A stretch of DNA of 64,000 nt, taken from NCBI GenBank assembly GCA_964057225.1, contig OZ059900.1, positions 21,266,001 to 21,330,000 of the forward strand, written 5' to 3'. Shown one piece after another: positions 1 to 12,900 of this stretch. A program made the translations under genes and the position numbers. This DNA is from Auanema rhodensis (Eukaryota; Animalia; Nematoda). Each line of letters begins with the position of its first letter. Position 1 is the first letter of the stretch. Below the pieces are notes generated by a model. That model was given only the letters and a program-made list of their open reading frames with translations. It made no database searches and was not told where the DNA came from.

Positions 1-3000
1 ATTTCCTTAATTTTCTAACCCCTGTTTTTTTGTCGTGAAAGTGGAACTAGACGTTGTACGAACAATTTTGAGCTAGGTTTCATTGACATTGCATGAGTTT
101 GAACACATGAAATCGTAAGTCAAAACCTTGTTTACAGCGAAAATTCCAAAAACTGGTTTTCCAGCATAATAAAATATTTCTCATGGGAAATACTGTGTTT
201 TTGTATTTTTCTAGTGTTCAGCATGTAAAATGCTTCATTTTAGTATGTAACACGCTGAAATTCGTTGCATTTGACTACTCATATGAACAAAAATCGATTT
301 AATCAATATTAGCCATAAGGGGCGTGCCCTCAGAATATGCTAATTTCCTTAATTTTCTAACCCCTGTTTTTTTGTCGTGAAAGTGGAACTAGACGTTGTA
401 CAAACAATTTTGAGCTAGGTTTCATTGACATTGCATGAGTTTGAACACATGAAATCGTAAGTCAAAACCTTGTTTACAGCGAAATTTCCAAAAACTGGTT
501 TTCCAGCATAATAAAATATTTCTCATGAGAAATACTGTGTTTTTGTATTTTTCTAGTGTTCAGCATGTAAAATGCTTAATTTTAGTATGTAACACGATGA
601 AATTCGTTGCATTTGACGACTCATATGAACAAAAATCGATTTAATCAATATTAGCCATAAGGGGCGTGCCCTCAGAATATGCTAATTTCATTAATTTTCT
701 AACCCCTGTTTTTTTGTCGTGAAAGTGGAACTAGACGTTGTAGGAACAATTTTGAGCTAGGTTTCATTGACATTGCATGAGTTTGAACACATGAAATCGT
801 AAGTCAAAACCTTGTTTACAGCGAAATTTCCAAAAACTGGTTTTCCAGCATAATAAAATATTTCTCATGGGAAATACTGTGTTTTTGTATTTTTCTAGTG
901 TTCAGCATGTAAAATGCTTCATTTTAGTATGTAACACGCTGAAATTCGTTGCATTTGACGACTCATATGAACAAAAATCGATTTAATCAATATTAGCCAT
1001 AAGGGGCGTGCCCTCAGAATATGCTAATTTCCTTAATTTTCTAACCCCTGTTTTTTTGTCGTGAAAGTGGAACTAGACGTTGTACGAACAATTTTGAGCT
1101 AGGTTTCATTGACATTGCATGAGTTTGAACACATGAAATCGTAAGTCAAAACCTTGTTTACAGCGAAAATTCCAAAAACTGGTTTTCCAGCATAATAAAA
1201 TATTTCTCATGGGAAATACTGTGTTTTTGTATTTTTCTAGTGTTCAGCATGTAAAATACTTCATTTTAGTATGTAACACGCTGAAATTCGTTGCATTTGA
1301 CGACTCATATGAACAAAAATCGATTTAATCAATATTAGCCATAAGGGGCGTGCCCTCAGAATATGCTAATTTCCTAAATTTTCTAACCCCTGTTTTTTTG
1401 TCGTGAAAGTGGAACTAGACGTTGTACGAACAATTTTGAGCTAGGTTTCATTGACATTGCATGAGTTTGAACACATGAAATCGTAAGTCAAAACCTTGTT
1501 TACAGCGAAAATTCCAAAAACTGGTTTTCCAGCATAATAAAATATTTCTCATGGGAAATACTGTGTTTTTGTATTTTTCTAGTGTTCAGCATGTAAAATG
1601 CTTCATTTTAGTATGTAACACGCTGAAATTCGTTGCATTTGACTACTCATATGAACAAAAATCGATTTAATCAATATTAGCCATAAGGGGCGTGCCCTCA
1701 GAATATGCTAATTTCCTAAATTTTCTAACCCCTGTTTTTTTGTCGTGAAAGTGGAACTAGACGTTGTACGAACAATTTTGAGCTAGGTTTCATTGACATT
1801 GCATGAGTTTGAACACATGAAATCGTAAGTCAAAACCTTGTTTACAGCGAAAATTCCAAAAACTGGTTTTCCAGCATAATAAAATATTTCTCATGGGAAA
1901 TACTGTGTTTTTGTATTTTTCTAGTGTTCAGCATGTAAAATGCTTCATTTTAGTATGTAACACGCTGAAATTCGTTGCATTTGACTACTCATATGAACAA
2001 AAATCGATTTAATCAATATTAGCCATAAGGGGCGTGCCCTCAGAATATGCTAATTTCCTTAATTTTCTAACCCCTGTTTTTTTGTCGTGAAAGTGGAACT
2101 AGACGTTGTACAAACAATTTTGAGCTAGGTTTCATTGACATTGCATGAGTTTGAACACATGAAATCGTAAGTCAAAACCTTGTTTACAGCGAAATTTCCA
2201 AAAACTGGTTTTCCAGCATAATAAAATATTTCTCATGAGAAATACTGTGTTTTTGTATTTTTCTAGTGTTCAGCATGTAAAATGCTTCATTTTAGTATGT
2301 AACACGATGAAATTCGTTGCATTTGACGACTCATATGAACAAAAATCGATTTAATCAATATTAGCCATAAGGGGCGTGCCCTCAGAATATGCTAATTTCA
2401 TTAATTTTCTAACCCCTGTTTTTTTGTCGTGAAAGTGGAACTAGACGTTGTAGGAACAATTTTGAGCTAGGTTTCATTGACATTGCATGAGTTTGAACAC
2501 ATGAAATCGTAAGTCAAAACCTTGTTTACAGCGAAATTTCCAAAAACTGGTTTTCCAGCATAATAAAATATTTCTCATGGGAAATACTGTGTTTTTGTAT
2601 TTTTCTAGTGTTCAGCATGTAAAATGCTTCATTTTAGTATGTAACACGCTGAAATTCGTTGCATTTGACGACTCATATGAACAAAAATCGATTTAATCAA
2701 TATTAGCCATAAGGGGCGTGCCCTCAGAATATGCTAATTTCCTTAATTTTCTAACCCCTGTTTTTTGTCGTGAAAGTGGAACTAGACGTTGTAGGAACAA
2801 TTTTGAGCTAGGTTTCATTGACATTGCATGAGTTTGAACACATGAAATCGTAAGTCAAAACCTTGTTTACAGCGAAATTTCCAAAAACTGGTTTTCCAGC
2901 ATAATAAAATATTTCTCATGGGAAATACTGTGTTTTTGTATTTTTCTAGTGTTCAGCATGTGAAATGCTTCATTTTAGTATGTAACACGCTGAAATTCGT

Positions 3001-5699
3001 TGCATTTGACGACTCATATGAACAAAAATCGATTTAATCAATATTAGCCATAAGGGGCGTGCCCTCAGAATATGCTAATTTCCTTAATTTTCTAACCCCT
3101 GTTTTTTTGTCGTGAAAGTGGAACTAGACGTTGTACAAACAATTTTGAGCTAGGTTTCATTGACATTGCATGAGTTTGAACACATGGAATCGTAAGTCAA
3201 AACCTTGTTTACAGCGAAATTTCCAAAAACTGGTTTTCCAGCATAATAAAATATTTCTCATGGGAAATACTGTGTTTTTGTATTTTTCTAGTGTTCAGCA
3301 TGTAAAATACTTCATTTTAGTATGTAACACGCTGAAATTCGTTGCATTTGACGACTCATATGAACAAAAATCGATTTAATCAATATTAGCCATAAGGGGC
3401 GTGCCCTCAGAATATGCTAATTTCCTTAATTTTCTAACCCCTGTTTTTTTGTCGTGAAAGTGGAACTAGACGTTGTACGAACAATTTTGAGCTAGGTTTC
3501 ATTGACATTGCATGAGTTTGAACACATGAAATCGTAAGTCAAAACCTTGTTTACAGCGAAAATTCCAAAAACTGGTTTTCCAGCATAATAAAATATTTCT
3601 CATGGGAAATACTGTGTTTTTGTATTTTTCTAGTGTTCAGCATGTAAAATGCTTCATTTTAGTTTGTAACACGCTGAAATTCGTTGCATTTGACGACTCA
3701 TATGAACAAAAATCGATTTAATCAATATTAGCCATAAGGGGCGTGCCCTCAGAATATGCTAATTTCCTTAATTTTCTAACCCCTGTTTTTTTGTCGTGAA
3801 AGTGGAACTAGACGTTGTAGGAACAATTTTGAGCTAGGTTTCATTGACATTGCATGAGTTTGAACACATGAAATCGTAAGTCAAAACCTTGTTTACAGCG
3901 AAAATTCCAAAAACTGGTTTTCCAGCATAATAAAATATTTCTCATGGGAAATACTGTGTTTTTGTATTTTTCTAGTGTTCAGCATGTAAAATACTTCATT
4001 TTAGTATGTAACACGCTGAAATTCGTTGCATTTGACGACTCATATGAACAAAAATCGATTTAATCAATATTAGCCATAAGGGGCGTGCCCTCAGAATATG
4101 CTAATTTCCTAAATTTTCTAACCCCTGTTTTTTTGTCGTGAAAGTGGAACTAGACGTTGTACGAACAATTTTGAGCTAGGTTTCATTGACATTGCATGAG
4201 TTTGAACACATGAAATCGTAAGTCAAAACCTTGTTTACAGCGAAATTTCCAAAAACTGGTTTTCCAGCATAATAAAATATTTCTCATGGGAAATACTGTG
4301 TTTTTGTATTTTTCTAGTGTTCAGCATGTAAAATGCTTCATTTTAGTATGTAACACGCTGAAATTCGTTGCATTTGACGACTCATATGAACAAAAATCGA
4401 TTTAATCAATATTAGCCATAAGGGGCGTGCCCTCAGAATATGCTAATTTCCTTAATTTTCTAACCCCTGTTTTTTTGTCGTGAAAGTGGAACTAGACGTT
4501 GTACGAACAATTTTGAGCTAGGTTTCATTGACATTGCATGAGTTTGAACACATGAAATCGTAAGTCAAAACCTTGTTTACAGCGAAAATTCCAAAAACTG
4601 GTTTTCCAGCATAATAAAATATTTCTCATGGGAAATACTGTGTTTTTGTATTTTTCTAGTGTTCAGCATGTAAAATGCTTCATTTTAGTATGTAACACGC
4701 TGAAATTCGTTGCATTTGACTACTCATATGAACAAAAATCGATTTAATCAATATTAGCCATAAGGGGCGTGCCCTCAGAATATGCTAATTTCCTAAATTT
4801 TCTAACCCCTGTTTTTTTGTCGTGAAAGTGGAACTAGACGTTGTACGAACAATTTTGAGCTAGGTTTCATTGACATTGCATGAGTTTGAACACATGAAAT
4901 CGTAAGTCAAAACCTTGTTTACAGCGAAAATTCCAAAAACTGGTTTTCCAGCATAATAAAATATTTCTCATGGGAAATACTGTGTTTTTGTATTTTTCTA
5001 GTGTTCAGCATGTAAAATGCTTCATTTTAGTATGTAACACGCTGAAATTCGTTGCATTTGACTACTCATATGAACAAAAATCGATTTAATCAATATTAGC
5101 CATAAGGGGCGTGCCCTCAGAATATGCTAATTTCCTTAATTTTCTAACCCCTGTTTTTTTGTCGTGAAAGTGGAACTAGACGTTGTACAAACAATTTTGA
5201 GCTAGGTTTCATTGACATTGCATGAGTTTGAACACATGAAATCGTAAGTCAAAACCTTGTTTACAGCGAAATTTCCAAAAACTGGTTTTCCAGCATAATA
5301 AAATATTTCTCATGAGAAATACTGTGTTTTTGTATTTTTCTAGTGTTCAGCATGTAAAATGCTTCATTTTAGTATGTAACACGATGAAATTCGTTGCATT
5401 TGACGACTCATATGAACAAAAATCGATTTAATCAATATTAGCCATAAGGGGCGTGCCCTCAGAATATGCTAATTTCATTAATTTTCTAACCCCTGTTTTT
5501 TTGTCGTGAAAGTGGAACTAGACGTTGTAGGAACAATTTTGAGCTAGGTTTCATTGACATTGCATGAGTTTGAACACATGAAATCGTAAGTCAAAACCTT
5601 GTTTACAGCGAAATTTCCAAAAACTGGTTTTCCAGCATAATAAAATATTTCTCATGGGAAATACTGTGTTTTTGTATTTTTCTAGTGTTCAGCATGTAA

Positions 5700-8600
5700 A
5701 ATACTTCATTTTAGTATGTAACACGCTGAAATTCGTTGCATTTGACGACTCATATGAACAAAAATCGATTTAATCAATATTAGCCATAAGGGGCGTGCCC
5801 TCAGAATATGCTAATTTCCTAAATTTTCTAACCCCTGTTTTTTTGTCGTGAAAGTGGAACTAGACGTTGTACGAACAATTTTGAGCTAGGTTTCATTGAC
5901 ATTGCATGAGTTTGAACACATGAAATCGTAAGTCAAAACCTTGTTTACAGCGAAATTTCCAAAAACTGGTTTTCCAGCATAATAAAATATTTCTCATGGG
6001 AAATACTGTGTTTTTGTATTTTTCTAGTGTTCAGCATGTAAAATGCTTCATTTTAGTATGTAACACGCTGAAATTCGTTGCATTTGACGACTCATATGAA
6101 CAAAAATCGATTTAATCAATATTAGCCATAAGGGGCGTGCCCTCAGAATATGCTAATTTCCTTAATTTTCTAACCCCTGTTTTTTTGTCGTGAAAGTGGA
6201 ACTAGACGTTGTACGAACAATTTTGAGCTAGGTTTCATTGACATTGCATGAGTTTGAACACATGAAATCGTAAGTCAAAACCTTGTTTACAGCGAAAATT
6301 CCAAAAACTGGTTTTCCAGCATAATAAAATATTTCTCATGGGAAATACTGTGTTTTTGTATTTTTCTAGTGTTCAGCATGTAAAATGCTTCATTTTAGTA
6401 TGTAACACGCTGAAATTCGTTGCATTTGACTACTCATATGAACAAAAATCGATTTAATCAATATTAGCCATAAGGGGCGTGCCCTCAGAATATGCTAATT
6501 TCCTTAATTTTCTAACCCCTGTTTTTTTGTCGTGAAAGTGGAACTAGACGTTGTACAAACAATTTTGAGCTAGGTTTCATTGACATTGCATGAGTTTGAA
6601 CACATGAAATCGTAAGTCAAAACCTTGTTTACAGCGAAATTTCCAAAAACTGGTTTTCCAGCATAATAAAATATTTCTCATGAGAAATACTGTGTTTTTG
6701 TATTTTTCTAGTGTTCAGCATGTAAAATACTTCATTTTAGTATGTAACACGCTGAAATTCGTTGCATTTGACGACTCATATGAACAAAAATCGATTTAAT
6801 CAATATTAGCCATAAGGGGCGTGCCCTCAGAATATGCTAATTTCCTAAATTTTCTAACCCCTGTTTTTTTGTCGTGAAAGTGGAACTAGACGTTGTACGA
6901 ACAATTTTGAGCTAGGTTTCATTGACATTGCATGAGTTTGAACACATGAAATCGTAAGTCAAAACCTTGTTTACAGCGAAAATTCCAAAAACTGGTTTTC
7001 CAGCATAATAAAATATTTCTCATGGGAAATACTGTGTTTTTGTATTTTTCTAGTGTTCAGCATGTAAAATGCTTCATTTTAGTATGTAACACGCTGAAAT
7101 TCGTTGCATTTGACTACTCATATGAACAAAAATCGATTTAATCAATATTAGCCATAAGGGGCGTGCCCTCAGAATATGCTAATTTCCTTAATTTTCTAAC
7201 CCCTGTTTTTTTGTCGTGAAAGTGGAACTAGACGTTGTACAAACAATTTTGAGCTAGGTTTCATTGACATTGCATGAGTTTGAACACATGAAATCGTAAG
7301 TCAAAACCTTGTTTACAGCGAAATTTCCAAAAACTGGTTTTCCAGCATAATAAAATATTTCTCATGAGAAATACTGTGTTTTTGTATTTTTCTAGTGTTC
7401 AGCATGTAAAATGCTTCATTTTAGTATGTAACACGATGAAATTCGTTGCATTTGACGACTCATATGAACAAAAATCGATTTAATCAATATTAGCCATAAG
7501 GGGCGTGCCCTCAGAATATGCTAATTTCATTAATTTTCTAACCCCTGTTTTTTTGTCGTGAAAGTGGAACTAGACGTTGTAGGAACAATTTTGAGCTAGG
7601 TTTCATTGACATTGCATGAGTTTGAACACATGAAATCGTAAGTCAAAACCTTGTTTACAGCGAAATTTCCAAAAACTGGTTTTCCAGCATAATAAAATAT
7701 TTCTCATGGGAAATACTGTGTTTTTGTATTTTTCTAGTGTTCAGCATGTAAAATGCTTCATTTTAGTTTGTAACACGCTGAAATTCGTTGCATTTGACGA
7801 CTCATATGAACAAAAATCGATTTAATCAATATTAGCCATAAGGGGCGTGCCCTCAGAATATGCTAATTTCCTTAATTTTCTAACCCCTGTTTTTTTGTCG
7901 TGAAAGTGGAACTAGACGTTGTACGAACAATTTTGAGCTAGGTTTCATTGACATTGCATGAGTTTGAACACATGAAATCGTAAGTCAAAACCTTGTTTAC
8001 AGCGAAAATTCCAAAAACTGGTTTTCCAGCATAATAAAATATTTCTCATGGGAAATACTGTGTTTTTGTATTTTTCTAGTGTTCAGCATGTAAAATACTT
8101 CATTTTAGTATGTAACACGCTGAAATTCGTTGCATTTGACGACTCATATGAACAAAAATCGATTTAATCAATATTAGCCATAAGGGGCGTGCCCGCGTGC
8201 CCTCAGAATATGCTAATTTCCTAAATTTTCTAACCCCTGTTTTTTTGTCGTGAAAGTGGAACTAGACGTTGTACGAACAATTTTGAGCTAGGTTTCATTG
8301 ACATTGCATGAGTTTGAACACATGAAATCGTAAGTCAAAACCTTGTTTACAGCGAAAATTCCAAAAACTGGTTTTCCAGCATAATAAAATATTTCTCATG
8401 GGAAATACTGTGTTTTTGTATTTTTCTAGTGTTCAGCATGTAAAATGCTTCATTTTAGTATGTAACACGCTGAAATTCGTTGCATTTGACTACTCATATG
8501 AACAAAAATCGATTTAATCAATATTAGCCATAAGGGGCGTGCCCTCAGAATATGCTAATTTCCTTAATTTTCTAACCCCTGTTTTTTTGTCGTGAAAGTG

Positions 8601-11600
8601 GAACTAGACGTTGTACAAACAATTTTGAGCTAGGTTTCATTGACATTGCATGAGTTTGAACACATGGAATCGTAAGTCAAAACCTTGTTTACAGCGAAAT
8701 TTCCAAAAACTGGTTTTCCAGCATAATAAAATATTTCTCATGGGAAATACTGTGTTTTTGTATTTTTCTAGTGTTCAGCATGTAAAATGCTTCATTTTAG
8801 TATGTAACACGCTGAAATTCGTTGCATTTGACTACTCATATGAACAAAAATCGATTTAATCAATATTAGCCATAAGGGGCGTGCCCTCAGAATATGCTAA
8901 TTTCCTTAATTTTCTAACCCCTGTTTTTTTGTCGTGAAAGTGGAACTAGACGTTGTACGAACAATTTTGAGCTAGGTTTCATTGACATTGCATGAGTTTG
9001 AACACATGAAATCGTAAGTCAAAACCTTGTTTACAGCGAAAATTCCAAAAACTGGTTTTCCAGCATAATAAAATATTTCTCATGGGAAATACTGTGTTTT
9101 TGTATTTTTCTAGTGTTCAGCATGTAAAATACTTCATTTTAGTATGTAACACGCTGAAATTCGTTGCATTTGACGACTCATATGAACAAAAATCGATTTA
9201 ATCAATATTAGCCATAAGGGGCGTGCCCTCAGAATATGCTAATTTCCTAAATTTTCTAACCCCTGTTTTTTTGTCGTGAAAGTGGAACTAGACGTTGTAC
9301 GAACAATTTTGAGCTAGGTTTCATTGACATTGCATGAGTTTGAACACATGAAATCGTAAGTCAAAACCTTGTTTACAGCGAAATTTCCAAAAACTGGTTT
9401 TCCAGCATAATAAAATATTTCTCATGGGAAATACTGTGTTTTTGTATTTTTCTAGTGTTCAGCATGTAAAATGCTTCATTTTAGTATGTAACACGCTGAA
9501 ATTCGTTGCATTTGACGACTCATATGAACAAAAATCGATTTAATCAATATTAGCCATAAGGGGCGTGCCCTCAGAATATGCTAATTTCCTTAATTTTCTA
9601 ACCCCTGTTTTTTTGTCGTGAAAGTGGAACTAGACGTTGTACGAACAATTTTGAGCTAGGTTTCATTGACATTGCATGAGTTTGAACACATGAAATCGTA
9701 AGTCAAAACCTTGTTTACAGCGAAAATTCCAAAAACTGGTTTTCCAGCATAATAAAATATTTCTCATGGGAAATACTGTGTTTTTGTATTTTTCTAGTGT
9801 TCAGCATGTAAAATGCTTCATTTTAGTATGTAACACGCTGAAATTCGTTGCATTTGACTACTCATATGAACAAAAATCGATTTAATCAATATTAGCCATA
9901 AGGGGCGTGCCCTCAGAATATGCTAATTTCCTTAATTTTCTAACCCCTGTTTTTTTGTCGTGAAAGTGGAACTAGACGTTGTACAAACAATTTTGAGCTA
10001 GGTTTCATTGACATTGCATGAGTTTGAACACATGAAATCGTAAGTCAAAACCTTGTTTACAGCGAAATTTCCAAAAACTGGTTTTCCAGCATAATAAAAT
10101 ATTTCTCATGAGAAATACTGTGTTTTTGTATTTTTCTAGTGTTCAGCATGTAAAATACTTCATTTTAGTATGTAACACGCTGAAATTCGTTGCATTTGAC
10201 GACTCATATGAACAAAAATCGATTTAATCAATATTAGCCATAAGGGGCGTGCCCTCAGAATATGCTAATTTCCTAAATTTTCTAACCCCTGTTTTTTTGT
10301 CGTGAAAGTGGAACTAGACGTTGTACGAACAATTTTGAGCTAGGTTTCATTGACATTGCATGAGTTTGAACACATGAAATCGTAAGTCAAAACCTTGTTT
10401 ACAGCGAAAATTCCAAAAACTGGTTTTCCAGCATAATAAAATATTTCTCATGGGAAATACTGTGTTTTTGTATTTTTCTAGTGTTCAGCATGTAAAATGC
10501 TTCATTTTAGTATGTAACACGCTGAAATTCGTTGCATTTGACTACTCATATGAACAAAAATCGATTTAATCAATATTAGCCATAAGGGGCGTGCCCTCAG
10601 AATATGCTAATTTCCTTAATTTTCTAACCCCTGTTTTTTTGTCGTGAAAGTGGAACTAGACGTTGTACAAACAATTTTGAGCTAGGTTTCATTGACATTG
10701 CATGAGTTTGAACACATGAAATCGTAAGTCAAAACCTTGTTTACAGCGAAATTTCCAAAAACTGGTTTTCCAGCATAATAAAATATTTCTCATGAGAAAT
10801 ACTGTGTTTTTGTATTTTTCTAGTGTTCAGCATGTAAAATGCTTCATTTTAGTATGTAACACGATGAAATTCGTTGCATTTGACGACTCATATGAACAAA
10901 AATCGATTTAATCAATATTAGCCATAAGGGGCGTGCCCTCAGAATATGCTAATTTCATTAATTTTCTAACCCCTGTTTTTTTGTCGTGAAAGTGGAACTA
11001 GACGTTGTAGGAACAATTTTGAGCTAGGTTTCATTGACATTGCATGAGTTTGAACACATGAAATCGTAAGTCAAAACCTTGTTTACAGCGAAATTTCCAA
11101 AAACTGGTTTTCCAGCATAATAAAATATTTCTCATGGGAAATACTGTGTTTTTGTATTTTTCTAGTGTTCAGCATGTAAAATGCTTCATTTTAGTTTGTA
11201 ACACGCTGAAATTCGTTGCATTTGACGACTCATATGAACAAAAATCGATTTAATCAATATTAGCCATAAGGGGCGTGCCCTCAGAATATGCTAATTTCCT
11301 TAATTTTCTAACCCCTGTTTTTTTGTCGTGAAAGTGGAACTAGACGTTGTACGAACAATTTTGAGCTAGGTTTCATTGACATTGCATGAGTTTGAACACA
11401 TGAAATCGTAAGTCAAAACCTTGTTTACAGCGAAAATTCCAAAAACTGGTTTTCCAGCATAATAAAATATTTCTCATGGGAAATACTGTGTTTTTGTATT
11501 TTTCTAGTGTTCAGCATGTAAAATACTTCATTTTAGTATGTAACACGCTGAAATTCGTTGCATTTGACGACTCATATGAACAAAAATCGATTTAATCAAT

Positions 11601-12900
11601 ATTAGCCATAAGGGGCGTGCCCGCGTGCCCTCAGAATATGCTAATTTCCTAAATTTTCTAACCCCTGTTTTTTTGTCGTGAAAGTGGAACTAGACGTTGT
11701 ACGAACAATTTTGAGCTAGGTTTCATTGACATTGCATGAGTTTGAACACATGAAATCGTAAGTCAAAACCTTGTTTACAGCGAAAATTCCAAAAACTGGT
11801 TTTCCAGCATAATAAAATATTTCTCATGGGAAATACTGTGTTTTTGTATTTTTCTAGTGTTCAGCATGTAAAATGCTTCATTTTAGTATGTAACACGCTG
11901 AAATTCGTTGCATTTGACTACTCATATGAACAAAAATCGATTTAATCAATATTAGCCATAAGGGGCGTGCCCTCAGAATATGCTAATTTCCTTAATTTTC
12001 TAACCCCTGTTTTTTTGTTGTGAAAGTGGAACTAGACGTTGTACAAACAATTTTGAGCTAGGTTTCATTGACATTGCATGAGTTTGAACACATGGAATCG
12101 TAAGTCAAAACCTTGTTTACAGCGAAATTTCCAAAAACTGGTTTTCCAGCATAATAAAATATTTCTCATGGGAAATACTGTGTTTTTGTATTTTTCTAGT
12201 GTTCAGCATGTAAAATGCTTCATTTTAGTATGTAACACGCTGAAATTCGTTGCATTTGACTACTCATATGAACAAAAATCGATTTAATCAATATTAGCCA
12301 TAAGGGGCGTGCCCTCAGAATATGCTAATTTCCTTAATTTTCTAACCCCTGTTTTTTTGTCGTGAAAGTGGAACTAGACGTTGTACGAACAATTTTGAGC
12401 TAGGTTTCATTGACATTGCATGAGTTTGAACACATGAAATCGTAAGTCAAAACCTTGTTTACAGCGAAAATTCCAAAAACTGGTTTTCCAGCATAATAAA
12501 ATATTTCTCATGGGAAATACTGTGTTTTTGTATTTTTCTAGTGTTCAGCATGTAAAATACTTCATTTTAGTATGTAACACGCTGAAATTCGTTGCATTTG
12601 ACGACTCATATGAACAAAAATCGATTTAATCAATATTAGCCATAAGGGGCGTGCCCTCAGAATATGCTAATTTCCTAAATTTTCTAACCCCTGTTTTTTT
12701 GTCGTGAAAGTGGAACTAGACGTTGTACGAACAATTTTGAGCTAGGTTTCATTGACATTGCATGAGTTTGAACACATGAAATCGTAAGTCAAAACCTTGT
12801 TTACAGCGAAATTTCCAAAAACTGGTTTTCCAGCATAATAAAATATTTCTCATGGGAAATACTGTGTTTTTGTATTTTTCTAGTGTTCAGCATGTAAAAT
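5700..12900 (+). repeat. 10-monomer (3428-bp) tandem block duplication; boundaries approximate
   Basis: The 8-bp insertion (8187/11615), the TGA>TGG variant (ORFs 8650/12078) and the TAGTTTG variant all recur at offset 3428 = 10x342+8. Confidence 0.9.
8187..8202 (+). repeat. 8-bp tandem duplication GCGTGCCC x2 (second copy at 11615-11630)
   Basis: GGG-GCGTGCCC-GCGTGCCC-TCAG versus consensus GGG-GCGTGCCC-TCAG. Confidence 0.95.

Noticed and set aside
260-276. CENP-B box-like ATTCGTTGCATTTGACG
   Set aside because: Matches TTCG and the A but lacks the essential CGGG (6 of 9 core positions)
1-342. Tandem 5S rRNA, tRNA, snRNA or telomeric repeat
   Set aside because: No recognisable RNA gene sequence or Pol III boxes; CTAACCC occurs once per monomer and is not tandem
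1-342. Assignment to a named satellite family or species
   Set aside because: Monomer length and AT content alone are not diagnostic and I do not recognise the sequence; a database search is needed
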